DNA of 64,000 nt, taken from assembly GCA_041617155.1 (NCBI GenBank), contig JBFJPL010000004.1, positions 5,898 through 69,897 of the forward strand, read 5' to 3'. Of this stretch, positions 41,521-50,744 are shown piece after piece. Source of the DNA: Kiloniellales bacterium (lineage in GTDB: Bacteria > Pseudomonadota > Alphaproteobacteria > Kiloniellales > JAKSDN01). The number at the start of each line of letters is the position of its first letter. Within the stretch, counting starts at the first letter, position 1. The notes beneath the pieces were generated by a model, which searched no databases, was not told where the DNA came from, and saw only the letters and a program-made list of their open reading frames with translations. The position numbers were made by a program, and so were the translations under genes.

Positions 41521-42582
41521 TCAAACAAAGGTTAAATCGTTCTCCCCGAGCGGCGCGAAGTGAGCGGCGACGGCCGCCTCGTCGACCTCGGCCAAAGTGG
41601 CGGGCCGCCAGACCGGCTTGCGATCCTTGTCGATCACCGCGGCGCGGATGCCTTCGAGCAGGTCGTGGCCGGCGACGCAGGCCTGGCTCAGGCGGTACTC
41701 CATCACCATCGCCTGATCGAAGTCGAGCTTGGCGCCTTCGCGAAGCTCCCGGAAGGTCACCTTGAGGCTGGTCGGCGAGCGCGTCAGCAGGCCGGCCCGC
41801 GTGGTTTCGGCCCAGTCGCCGCCTTCGGCTTGCAAGGCCGCCAGGACGGCCTCGACCGAGTCCCGGGAAAAACAGCGGTCGATCGCCGCCCGGTGCGCCG
41901 CCAGCGACGCTTCGCCGGGGTCGGCGGCCAGAGCGCGGATGACCCTGCCGGCCGCTGCCGGCGCGTCGCCGGACCAATCGGCGCCGGCCAGCGCATCTAC
42001 CAGATCCGGCAGGCGAGCACTTTCCAGATAGTGCGTCGCGATGCCCGCGTAGAGGCAGTCGGCGGCCCTGAGGCGCGATCCGGTCAGCCCGAGGAACATG
42101 CCCAGGGCGCCCGGCAGGCGCGGTAGGAAGTAGGAGCCGCCGACGTCCGGGAACAGGCCGATCGAGGTCTCGGGCATGGCGAACAGCGTGTGTTCCGTGA
42201 CCACGCGGTGGCTGCCGTGCACCGAGACGCCGACGCCGCCGCCCATGACGATGCCGTCGACCAGCGCGATGTAGGGCTTGGGATAGTGGAAGATCCGGCG
42301 GTTCAGGCGGTACTCGGCCCGGAAGAACTCGGCTGCCATGCGGCGGTCGCCGCGTCCCGAGTCGTAGATCGCGGTCACGTCGCCGCCGGCGCAGAAGGCG
42401 CGCTCGCCCGCCCCCTCGATGATCACGGCGGCGAGCGCCGGGTCCTCGGCCCAGGCGGCGAGCTCGGCATCGAGCTCGCGGCACATCGCCAGGGTCAGCG
42501 CGTTGAGCGCCTTGGGCCGGTTCAGCGTGACCACCGCCACGCGCCCTTGCGTGCGGTACAGAAGTTCAGCCTCGCCGGTCAT
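41521..42582 (-). CDS. 3-hydroxyisobutyryl-CoA hydrolase (crotonase superfamily)
   Basis: 353 aa. VTLNRPKALNAL, AFCAGGDV, IALVDGIVMGGGVG, FAMPETSIGLFPDVGG, plus the C-terminal helical extension typical of HIBCH. Confidence 0.85.
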   Translation of the reverse strand: MTGEAELLYRTQGRVAVVTLNRPKALNALTLAMCRELDAELAAWAEDPALAAVIIEGAGERAFCAGGDVTAIYDSGRGDRRMAAEFFRAEYRLNRRIFHYPKPYIALVDGIVMGGGVGVSVHGSHRVVTEHTLFAMPETSIGLFPDVGGSYFLPRLPGALGMFLGLTGSRLRAADCLYAGIATHYLESARLPDLVDALAGADWSGDAPAAAGRVIRALAADPGEASLAAHRAAIDRCFSRDSVEAVLAALQAEGGDWAETTRAGLLTRSPTSLKVTFRELREGAKLDFDQAMVMEYRLSQACVAGHDLLEGIRAAVIDKDRKPVWRPATLAEVDEAAVAAHFAPLGENDLTFV

Positions 42583-42618
42583 GGCCGCGTTGAAAACCCT
42601 CTTGCCAATCGAGTGGGG

Positions 42619-43758
42619 TCATGCGCCCAACAGGCGGCGCGCGATGATCACGCGCATGATCTCGTTGGTGCCCTCGAGGATCTGGTGCACCCGGACGTCG
42701 CGCAGATGGCGCTCGATCGGAAAGTCCCTGAGATAGCCATAGCCGCCGTGCAGCTGCAGAGCCTCGTCGCAGACCCGGAAGCCGGTGTCGGTCGCCAAGC
42801 GCTTGGCCATGGCGCAGTGCAGCGTCGCCTCGGGATCGCCCCGGTCGAGCGCATCGGCCGCCCGGTAGAGCAGCAGGCGTGCCGCTTCGAGCTCAGTCGC
42901 CATGTCGGCAAACTTGAACTGCAGGGCCTGGAACTCGGCCAGCTTGCGGCCGAACTGCCGGCGGGTCTGCAGGTGATCGCGCGCCGCCTCCAGGCAGGCC
43001 CGCGCGCCGCCCAGCGAACAGGCGCCGATGTTGAGCCGCCCGCCGTCCAGCCCCATCATGGCGATCTTGAAGCCGTCGCCCTCGGCGCCCAGTCGGTTGG
43101 CGACCGGCACTCTGGCCTGCTCGAAGATGACCATGGCGGTCGGCTGGCTGTTCCAGCCGAGCTTTTGCTCCTGCTTGCCGAACGAGAGGCCGGCCGTGTC
43201 CTTGGACACCACAAGGGTCGAGATGCCCTTGGCCCCATCATCCCCGGTGCGGCACATGACCACGTAGACGTCGCTGCGCCCCCCGCCGGAGATGAAGGCC
43301 TTGGTGCCGTCGAGCACGTAGGCGTCGCCGTCCAGCCGCGCCCGGCACTTGAGCGCCGCGGCATCGGAGCCGGCGCCCGGCTCGGTCAGACAATAGCTGG
43401 CGAAGTGTTCCATGGTCATGAGCCGCGGCAGGTAGGCCCGGCGCTGATCGTCGCTGCCGAAGCGGTCGACCATCCAGGCCGCCATGTTGTGGATCGAGAT
43501 GTAGGCCGCGGTCGAGGTGCAGCCGGCGGCGAGCTCCTCGAAGATGATCGCGGCGTCCAGGCGCGAGAGCGCCGAGCCGCCGACGTCGTCGCGGCAGGTG
43601 ATGCCGCCAAAGCCGAGCGCCGCCGCCTTGCCGAGCGTCTCTTCCGGGAAGATCTTCTCGACGTCCCAGCGCGCGGCGTGGGGCGCCATCTCCTTGACGG
43701 CGAAATCGCGCGCCATGTCCCGGAAGGCGCGCTGTTCCTCGGAAAGCTCGAAATCCAT
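42619..43758 (-). CDS. Acyl-CoA dehydrogenase (isobutyryl-CoA dehydrogenase-like)
   Basis: [39 protein letters not shown]. Adjacent to HIBCH (valine catabolism). ATG at 43758. Confidence 0.85.
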   Translation of the reverse strand: MDFELSEEQRAFRDMARDFAVKEMAPHAARWDVEKIFPEETLGKAAALGFGGITCRDDVGGSALSRLDAAIIFEELAAGCTSTAAYISIHNMAAWMVDRFGSDDQRRAYLPRLMTMEHFASYCLTEPGAGSDAAALKCRARLDGDAYVLDGTKAFISGGGRSDVYVVMCRTGDDGAKGISTLVVSKDTAGLSFGKQEQKLGWNSQPTAMVIFEQARVPVANRLGAEGDGFKIAMMGLDGGRLNIGACSLGGARACLEAARDHLQTRRQFGRKLAEFQALQFKFADMATELEAARLLLYRAADALDRGDPEATLHCAMAKRLATDTGFRVCDEALQLHGGYGYLRDFPIERHLRDVRVHQILEGTNEIMRVIIARRLLGA

Positions 43759-43899
43759 GGCGCGTGGTGTCTCGGTGGCGAGTTTTGTGCCTCGGATCAT
43801 AGGCCCCGGCGGCTGGCTGTCAACGCGACGCGGCGACGCCGCCGGGCCTGAACCTCGACGGCGCCGCGTCCCCCGTGTCCCGTGTCGCTCCGAGGCCGG

Positions 43900-44313
43900 T
43901 CAGGCCCCGGCGTGCTCCATGACCCGGTCCATCGGGTCGTCCTTGGCCATGCGCGGCTTGTGCGCCTTCCTCCGCATCACCTCGTGGCGGATCTTCGAGA
44001 TCACGTACATGTTGAAGAAGTGCATGGCGCCCAGAACGATGACCACCAGCCCGACCTTTGTACTGAGGAACTCCATGGCCTCCCGAAGGTCGAGCGGCTT
44101 GTCGCCGTATTTGAGCGCTAGGGTCACGTAGCCGACGTTGATCAGGTAGAAGCCGACCACCAGTAGGTGATTGACCGAGTCGGCCAGCGGCTCGTTGCCG
44201 CCGAAACTGTCGACCAGAAAGATCCGGCCATTGGTCGACAGGGTCCGCGCGACCCAGATGGTCATGGCGACACTGATCGCCAAGTAGACAATGTAGGTGC
44301 CGATGATAAGCAT
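43900..44313 (-). CDS. Small integral membrane protein, hypothetical
   Basis: 137 aa with 4 predicted TM helices. aaggag RBS 6 nt before the ATG at 44313. Sits downstream of the gbsR-like gene on the same strand. Confidence 0.65.
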   Translation of the reverse strand: MLIIGTYIVYLAISVAMTIWVARTLSTNGRIFLVDSFGGNEPLADSVNHLLVVGFYLINVGYVTLALKYGDKPLDLREAMEFLSTKVGLVVIVLGAMHFFNMYVISKIRHEVMRRKAHKPRMAKDDPMDRVMEHAGA

Positions 44314-44403
44314 CGAAATCTCCTTTCCCTTTGCCGTGGACGACAGTTTCATTTCTATTCGTCTTTTCTGTATCAAAAGAAATTTTTCATCAAAAAAAAG
44401 CCC

Positions 44404-44949
44404 TCAGCCGGAGACGAACTTGGCGACCTTGCCGCCCAGCTTCATCAGCGCGATCAGGGTCGATTTCGGCAGGCCCCTGACCTGCTGGTACCAGGTGGTC
44501 AGCGTATCGATGAAGTCCAGCATGCGCTCGATGCGCGCCTTGATCTCCGGGTCCGTCTGACCGTCGTTCTCCGCCTCCGCTACGCAGTCGCGCAGCATCT
44601 TCAGGGTCGGGTCGATCTCCCGCCGCTTGCGACCCTCGACGATCAGCATGAGCATCTCCCAGGTGTCCTCCAGCGCCTTGAAATGGTCGCGCCGGTCGCC
44701 CAGCACATGGGTCCGTTCGATCAGACCCCAGCTCTGCAGCTCCTTCAGGCTGTTGCTGACGTTGGAGCGGGCGATCGACAGCGTCTCGGCGATCTCCTCC
44801 GCGGCCATGGGCCTCGGCGAGAGGTAGAGCAGCGCGTGGATCTGCGCGACCGAACGGTTGACCCCCCAGCGCTTGCCCATCTCGCCCCAATGGAGCACAT
44901 AGCGCTTGACGGCCGGTGTCAGCCGAAATTTTTCATCTATTTCTGTCAT
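44404..44949 (-). CDS. GbsR/MarR-type transcriptional regulator
   Basis: HALLYLSPRPMAAEEIAETLSIARSNVSNSLKELQSWGLIER is a wHTH of the GbsR type. Confidence 0.8.
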   Translation of the reverse strand: MTEIDEKFRLTPAVKRYVLHWGEMGKRWGVNRSVAQIHALLYLSPRPMAAEEIAETLSIARSNVSNSLKELQSWGLIERTHVLGDRRDHFKALEDTWEMLMLIVEGRKRREIDPTLKMLRDCVAEAENDGQTDPEIKARIERMLDFIDTLTTWYQQVRGLPKSTLIALMKLGGKVAKFVSG

Positions 44950-44977
44950 TACAGAAAGAATATAATATTTGGATTCT

Positions 44978-45018
44978 CGCTTGTCAAGCGGCGGGCTTTA
45001 TCTGCCGCTTGACAAGCG
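44978..45018. promoter_or_regulatory. Perfect 15-bp inverted repeat in the divergent gbsR-like / osmC-like promoter region
   Basis: cgcttgtcaagcggc-N11-gccgcttgacaagcg. A second palindrome, ttctgt-catt-acagaa (44941-44956), spans the gbsR start codon. Confidence 0.5.
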
Positions 45019-45206
45019 GGGTTCCGGTCGTGTCTTCTTATCCCAAGCGCCGATTTGAAGCTTAGCTTGCGGGCGCTCTAAAAATGCGGCTAAAGCGAGC
45101 GGAAAAACCGCCCGGCAGAGCCGCGGCGGTTGTTTTTTTTGGCCTGGACCGGCCCTCGGGACGCCGCCTGAACGGACAGCAACCAGAAGCAAGAGGGAGC
45201 AGAACC

Positions 45207-45737
45207 ATGACGCAGAGCTACAAGGAACTGGTCGAAGCCACCCGCCAGGCGCTCGGCGCGGACTCGGCCCAGGCGCTGGCCAGTTTTACCGTGGAAAGCC
45301 GCCAGGCCGAAGGCCTGCGCAGCGAGGTCGCGTTGCGCGATTTCAGGCTCACGGTCGACGAGCCCGAGGCGCTGGGCGGCACCGACCAGGGTCCGAACCC
45401 GGTCGAGCTGGTGCTGGCGGCGCTCGCCACCTGTCAGGAGATCACCTACCGCCTCTACGCCGACCACCTGGGCATTCCGCTCGACGGGGTCTCGGTCACG
45501 CTCACCGGCGACCTCGACCTGCGCGGCTTCTTCGCGGTCGACGAGGCGGTGCGCCCGGGCTTCCAGGCGATCCGCGGCGAGGTGAAGCTGGAGAGCACCG
45601 CCGGACCGGAGCAGCTGGCGCGGCTCAAGGAGGCGGTCGACCGGCACTGTCCGGTGCTCGATATCCTCGGCCGGGCGACCCCGGTCAGTCTCGAGTTCGC
45701 CGGCCGGGAAACGCCGCAACCGGCGGCCGCCGAATAG
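45207..45737 (+). CDS. OsmC/Ohr family peroxiredoxin-like protein
   Basis: GPNPVELVLAALATCQ and RHCPV (two conserved Cys). agaggga RBS before the ATG at 45207. Confidence 0.85.
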   Translation: MTQSYKELVEATRQALGADSAQALASFTVESRQAEGLRSEVALRDFRLTVDEPEALGGTDQGPNPVELVLAALATCQEITYRLYADHLGIPLDGVSVTLTGDLDLRGFFAVDEAVRPGFQAIRGEVKLESTAGPEQLARLKEAVDRHCPVLDILGRATPVSLEFAGRETPQPAAAE

Positions 45738-45895
45738 AGGACCCCGGCGGCCGGGCGCGAGTCATGAAGCCGTAACCGGCGCCCGACCGCCGAACTGATG
45801 CAATCGACATGTAGTGGACGGGACCCTCTCCCGGCGCTATTGGTGCGAGACTTTGCCCTAGTTACCTCGATCACCGCGCGGAAAAGCCATCGGCC

Positions 45896-46843
45896 ATGCC
45901 CATCAAGATACCCAACGATCTGCCGGCCCGGCGCGTCCTCGAGCAGGAGGGCGTCGAGATCATCAGCGAGACCGACGCGATCCGTCAGGACATCCGTCCG
46001 ATGCGAATCGCGCTGCTCAACCTGATGCCCGACAAGATCCGCACCGAGACCCAGATCGCGCGCCTGGCCGGGAGCACCCCGCTGCAGGTCGAAATGACTC
46101 TGCTGAAGACCGGGTCCTACAAGTCGCGGAACACGCCCGAGCCGCACCTGATCGCCTTCTACAAGACCTGGGACCAGGTCCGGGAGGAGAAGTTCGACGG
46201 CCTCATCGTGACCGGCGCGCCGATCGAGACCATGCCCTTCGAGGCGGTCGACTATTGGCCGGAACTGACCACCATCTTCGACTGGGCGCAGAGCCACGTG
46301 TTCCGCAACTTCTACATCTGCTGGGGCGCCCAGGCGGCGCTCCATCACTTCCACGGCGTGCCCAAGCATCAGCTCGACGCCAAGATGTTCGGCGTGTTCA
46401 GGCATCGCATCACCAAGCCGAACGTCAGCCTGCTGCAAGGCTTCAACGACGAGTTCTCGATTCCCGTCTCGCGTCACACCGAGGTCCGTACCGAGGACAT
46501 CCCGGAGAAACCCGGGCTCGACATCCTCGCCGTCTCGCAGGAATCGGGCCTCTGCCTGATGCAGGACATCCCGCACCGCTCGATCTACATGTTCAACCAC
46601 CTGGAATACGACGCCGACACCCTGAAGGGCGAATACGAACGGGACCTCGCGGCCGGCGCGGAAATCCAGCTGCCCAGGAACTATTTTCCGGACGACGACC
46701 CCAGCCGGCCGCCGATCAACCGGTGGCGCTCCTACGCCCACCTGCTGTTCTGGAACTGGATCAACGAGATCTACCAGGGCACGCCCTACGACATCTCCCA
46801 GATCGGCCAAGACGCAGTCCCGACCCTGGCCGCCGCGGATTGA
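45896..46843 (+). CDS. metA: Homoserine O-acyltransferase, MetA family
   Basis: IALLNLMPDKIRTETQ, LIVTGAP, YICWGAQAALHHFHG (catalytic Cys). Confidence 0.95.
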   Translation: MPIKIPNDLPARRVLEQEGVEIISETDAIRQDIRPMRIALLNLMPDKIRTETQIARLAGSTPLQVEMTLLKTGSYKSRNTPEPHLIAFYKTWDQVREEKFDGLIVTGAPIETMPFEAVDYWPELTTIFDWAQSHVFRNFYICWGAQAALHHFHGVPKHQLDAKMFGVFRHRITKPNVSLLQGFNDEFSIPVSRHTEVRTEDIPEKPGLDILAVSQESGLCLMQDIPHRSIYMFNHLEYDADTLKGEYERDLAAGAEIQLPRNYFPDDDPSRPPINRWRSYAHLLFWNWINEIYQGTPYDISQIGQDAVPTLAAAD

Positions 46844-46924
46844 GCTGGCCGGCCGCTGGTTGCCCGGGTAGGGCCGGCCTGCTATAGCATCGGGCGTTGC
46901 CCCGAGACACCGGGAGTGAGAGCC

Positions 46925-47989
46925 ATGGCACGCCCCAAAGCCACGCAAAACCCCTTCCTGCGCAGCGTGTCCGACGCGCCGGTGGCTCGCGCGCCGGAAG
47001 CCTTGGGCGCCTACCCGCAGGTGCGCATGCGGCGCAACCGGAGCGACGCCTGGAGCCGGCGCCTGGTGGCCGAAGCGCGGCTTTCGGCCGACGACTTCAT
47101 CTGGCCGGTCTTCGTGCAGCAACCTCCGGGCGAGACGCCGATCGAGTCCATGCCGGGGATCGTGCGCTATGGCCTCGACCGCGTGGTCGACGTTGTCGGG
47201 CGCGCCCACGAACTGGGCATCCCGGCGGTCGCGGTCTTTCCCTACCTCGACGATGCCGTGAAGACGGCGGATTGCGCCGAGGCCTACAACCCCGACAACC
47301 TGGTGTGCCGGGCGATCCGCTTGCTCAAGGAGCAGCTACCGGAGACCGGTCTGTTCTGCGACGTGGCGCTCGATCCCTTTAACAGCCTGGGCCACGACGG
47401 CCTTGTCCAGGACGGCCGTATCCTCAACGACGAGTCGGTCGAGGTGCTGGTCAAGCAGGCCCTGGTCCAGGCCGAGGCCGGCTGCGACGTGGTCGCGCCT
47501 TCGGACATGATGGACGGGCGGGTCGGAGCGATCCGCGGCGCGCTCGACCAGGCCGGATTCCAGGGGGTCAAGATTTGCGCCTATTCGGCCAAGTACGCCT
47601 CGGCCTTCTACGATCCCTTCCGCGAGGCGGTCGGCTCCGGCGGCGCCCTGGTCGGCGACAAGAAGAGCTACCAGATGGACCCGGCCAATTCCGACGAAGC
47701 GTTGCGCGAGGTCGCGCTCGACCTGCAGGAAGGCGCCGACATGGTCATGGTCAAGCCGGGCCTGCCCTATCTGGACGTAGTGCGCCGCGTCAAGGACACC
47801 TTCGCCGTGCCGACGCTGGCCTACCACGTCAGCGGCGAATACGCGATGTTGAAGGCCGCCGCGGCCCAGGGCTGGCTGGACAACGACAAAGCCGTGACGG
47901 AATGCCTGATCGCCTTCAAGCGCGCCGGCGCCGATGCCGTCCTGACCTATGCGGCGCTGGAAGCCGCGGAGCGTCTGAAGACCGGTTGA
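46925..47989 (+). CDS. hemB: Porphobilinogen synthase (delta-aminolevulinate dehydratase)
   Basis: RMRRNR, VAPSDMMDGRV, YSAKYASAFYDPFR, MVMVKPGLPYLD (Schiff-base Lys). Confidence 0.95.
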   Translation: MARPKATQNPFLRSVSDAPVARAPEALGAYPQVRMRRNRSDAWSRRLVAEARLSADDFIWPVFVQQPPGETPIESMPGIVRYGLDRVVDVVGRAHELGIPAVAVFPYLDDAVKTADCAEAYNPDNLVCRAIRLLKEQLPETGLFCDVALDPFNSLGHDGLVQDGRILNDESVEVLVKQALVQAEAGCDVVAPSDMMDGRVGAIRGALDQAGFQGVKICAYSAKYASAFYDPFREAVGSGGALVGDKKSYQMDPANSDEALREVALDLQEGADMVMVKPGLPYLDVVRRVKDTFAVPTLAYHVSGEYAMLKAAAAQGWLDNDKAVTECLIAFKRAGADAVLTYAALEAAERLKTG

Positions 47990-47999
47990 GCGGCCCGGC

Positions 48000-49106
48000 G
48001 TGACCCTGGCCCCCTTCAAGATCGAGCGCTATTTCGCCGAGCACGAGTTCTCGACTCGCTATCTCCTGTCCAGCAGCGACTGCGAAGCCATGACCATCGC
48101 CGAGCTGCTGGCCTACGAGGACGGATCGGAGCGGGCTTTCCGGGACCACTGGCTGGGCTACACGGAAAGCCAGGGCGCCCCCGAACTGCGCCGGGCGATC
48201 GCCGGACTCTACGACAGCATCACCGAGCGCGACGTGCTGGTGCACGCCGGCGCGGAGGAAGGCATTTTCGCCTTCATGAACGTCGCCCTGGCGCCCGGCG
48301 ACCACGCCGTCGTGCACGCGCCCTGCTACCAGTCGCTGAAGGAGGTGGCGCGCGGCCGGGGCGTCGAGGTGACCGACTGGAGCGCCAACCCGGACGACGC
48401 CTGGTCGCTCGACCCAAACGATCTGGCCCGCGCGATCAAGCCCAACACCAAGGCGCTGGTGCTGAACTGCCCGCACAATCCGACGGGCTACCTCCTGCCG
48501 CGCGACCGGCTCGATGCGGTGGTCGAGGTCGCCCGACGCCACGGCCTCACCCTCTTCTGCGACGAGGTCTACCGCGAACTGGAGCACGACCCGGCCGACC
48601 GACTGCCGGCGGCTTGCGATCTCTACGAGCGGGCGGTATCGCTAGGCGTGCTGTCGAAGACCTACGGCCTGCCCGGTTTGCGCATCGGCTGGATCGCCAC
48701 GCGCGACCGGGCTCTTTACGCCCGTATCGCCGCCTTCAAGGACTACTTGACCATTTGCAACAGTGCGCCCAGCGAGTTCCTGGCACGGATCGCGCTCGCC
48801 CATCGAACGACGGTCGCCGAACGCAACCGGCGGATCGTACTCGACAACCTCGAGGTGCTCGACGAATTCTTCGCGCGTCACGTCAACCGTTTCGTCTGGC
48901 ACCGACCGAAGGCGGGACCGATCGCCTTTCCGGCGCTGCTCGATGGCGGGGCCGAAGCCTTCTGTCGCAAGGCGCTCGAGCAGGCCCAGGTCCTGCTGCT
49001 GCCGAGCACCGTCTACGACGCGGGTGACCGACACTTCCGGATCGGTTTTGGCCGGCGCAACCTGCCGCAAGCCGTGGCACAGCTCGAGCGCCACCTGACA
49101 GGCTGA
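48000..49106 (+). CDS. Class I/II PLP-dependent aminotransferase
   Basis: LNCPHNPTG, FCDEVYRE, SKTYGLPGLRIGW (PLP Lys). GTG start per the ORF track. Confidence 0.8.
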   Translation: MTLAPFKIERYFAEHEFSTRYLLSSSDCEAMTIAELLAYEDGSERAFRDHWLGYTESQGAPELRRAIAGLYDSITERDVLVHAGAEEGIFAFMNVALAPGDHAVVHAPCYQSLKEVARGRGVEVTDWSANPDDAWSLDPNDLARAIKPNTKALVLNCPHNPTGYLLPRDRLDAVVEVARRHGLTLFCDEVYRELEHDPADRLPAACDLYERAVSLGVLSKTYGLPGLRIGWIATRDRALYARIAAFKDYLTICNSAPSEFLARIALAHRTTVAERNRRIVLDNLEVLDEFFARHVNRFVWHRPKAGPIAFPALLDGGAEAFCRKALEQAQVLLLPSTVYDAGDRHFRIGFGRRNLPQAVAQLERHLTG

Positions 49107-49318
49107 AAATCCCGGCAAAGGGTCTCCTCCAGGCTGGATTCGCACCCGGCCGTCCAATATGCTTTTTCGTGGTCATTGGCGAATCCCGCACCGTGACCAT
49201 ATGAATTTCGTACGCGCTCACTTACGTACCTAGTTGACACCTTGCGACCCTTGGGTCTCCGGTCGCAACAATGGCCCGCAACGGCTGCTCTTTGCTCTGA
49301 CCAGAATGGAGGTTAGCG

Positions 49319-49981
49319 ATGTCTCTCAAGATCGGCGACAAGGCACCGGATTTCACCGCTGAAACGACGGAAGGAACGATCAAGTTCCACGACTGGATCG
49401 GCGACAGCTGGTGCGTCATCTTCTCGCATCCGAAGGACTTCACGCCCGTCTGCACGACGGAACTGGGTTACATGGCCAAGCTCAAGCCCGAGTTCGACAA
49501 GCGCAACGTCAAGATCATCGGGCTCAGCGTCGACTCGGTGAAAAACCATAAGGGCTGGCTCAAAGACATCGAGGAAACCCAGGGCGCCGCGGTCAACTAT
49601 CCGCTGATCGGTGATACCGACCTGTCGATCTCCAAGCTCTACGGCATGCTGCCGGCGGGCGCCGGTAAGAGCTCGGAAGGCCGGACGCCGGCGGACAACG
49701 CCACGGTTCGCACGGTCTACGTCATCGGCCCGGACAAGGGCATCAGGCTGATGCTCTCCTATCCCATGAGCACCGGGCGGAACTTCGACGAGATCCTGCG
49801 CGTGATCGACTCGATCCAGCTCACAGCCAAGCACCAGGTGGCGACGCCGGTCAACTGGAAGCAGGGCGATGACGTGATCATCGTGCCGACGGTCTCCGAC
49901 GAGGCGGCGAAACAGAAGTACCCGAGCGGCTGGAAGGCCCCCAAGCCTTACCTGCGCATCGTTCCCCAGCCGAGGAACTGA
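49319..49981 (+). CDS. 1-Cys peroxiredoxin (Prx6 type)
   Basis: FSHPKDFTPVCTTEL and the Prx6-type C-terminal extension. ggaggt RBS. Confidence 0.9.
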   Translation: MSLKIGDKAPDFTAETTEGTIKFHDWIGDSWCVIFSHPKDFTPVCTTELGYMAKLKPEFDKRNVKIIGLSVDSVKNHKGWLKDIEETQGAAVNYPLIGDTDLSISKLYGMLPAGAGKSSEGRTPADNATVRTVYVIGPDKGIRLMLSYPMSTGRNFDEILRVIDSIQLTAKHQVATPVNWKQGDDVIIVPTVSDEAAKQKYPSGWKAPKPYLRIVPQPRN

Positions 49982-50003
49982 TTCGGCCGAACGATTGGCG
50001 CAG

Positions 50004-50032
50004 GGCACAGGCCCGTGGCACGGGCCTGTGCC
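50004..50032 (+). terminator. Hairpin downstream of the peroxiredoxin gene
   Basis: ggcacaggcccg-tggca-cgggcctgtgcc has a 12-bp perfect stem. No T-tract follows, so intrinsic terminator status is uncertain. Confidence 0.45.
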
Positions 50033-50107
50033 GGCCGGGGCGGAAGGCGCGCTCGGGCGCGGTGCCGGCTTGCCATAAGCTCTGCCCCGAGGTGAGGTGG
50101 CGAACCC

Positions 50108-50740
50108 ATGCCGAGGTCGAAGAAACGGCGAAATCCGAACAAGGGGACGCGCGGTGCCAGGAAGATCGCCTGGGGCGGCCCGGCGACCAAAGGTTCACGC
50201 TACCTGAACCTGATACTCGGCGCCGCGCTGCTTGCGGCGGTCGTCGCCGGCGGCATCTATCTTTGGTCGAACCTGACCGTCGAAAGCAGCTTTCGGGCCT
50301 ACGTCGAGCAAGGCCAAGGCCGGCTCGACAAGGTGATCACCCCGCGCAACCTTGGACGTGGCCACTTGGAGCCGGGCGAACTGCAGCACTACGCGGCGGA
50401 ATTTCCCACCTCGGGCCGGCACAGTCCGACCTGGGCGCCACCCGGCTTCCACCGCGAGGCACAGGCCCCGACCTTGCTGGTGCACGCCCTCGAGCACGGC
50501 AACATCGTGATCTATTACGACCAGCCTGGCCCAGCGGTGATCGAAATCCTGAAGGACTGGGCCGGGCTCTACGGCGGCCAGTGGGACGGGTTGCTCGCCG
50601 TGCCGAAACCCGGCCTGGGTGAGCGCCTGGTGCTGACCGCCTGGAACCGGGAATTGCGCCTCGAGCGCTTCGATCCGGCAGTCGCCGCGGCCTTCATCGA
50701 CAAATATCGCGGGCGTGGTCCGGAAAACCCGGTCCGCTAG
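50108..50740 (+). CDS. DUF3105 domain protein with N-terminal membrane anchor
   Basis: Basic N-terminus, TM LNLILGAALLAAVVAGGIYLW, then FPTSGRHSPTWAPPGF...LVHALEHGNIVIYY, as in DUF3105 proteins. Confidence 0.7.
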   Translation: MPRSKKRRNPNKGTRGARKIAWGGPATKGSRYLNLILGAALLAAVVAGGIYLWSNLTVESSFRAYVEQGQGRLDKVITPRNLGRGHLEPGELQHYAAEFPTSGRHSPTWAPPGFHREAQAPTLLVHALEHGNIVIYYDQPGPAVIEILKDWAGLYGGQWDGLLAVPKPGLGERLVLTAWNRELRLERFDPAVAAAFIDKYRGRGPENPVR

Positions 50741-50744
50741 CACC

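Noticed and set aside
41276-41535. 86-aa ORF (MTEPIDGIVRRPQKPN...) in the gap between the DUF47 gene and the HIBCH gene.
   Set aside because: Third-position GC is high only in the first third and then decays. There is no RBS and no recognisable family, and it overlaps the convergent HIBCH stop. Not supportable as a gene from sequence alone.
42190-43851. 553-aa ORF. Similar giants at 45455-47209 (-), 51113-52987 (+), 21758-23023 (+), 11993-13426 (+), 33285-34973 (+) and 59681-60787 (+).
   Set aside because: All are shadow ORFs overlapping well-supported genes on the other strand or in another frame. They are low-complexity and Arg/Pro/Gly-rich, with no recognisable motifs.
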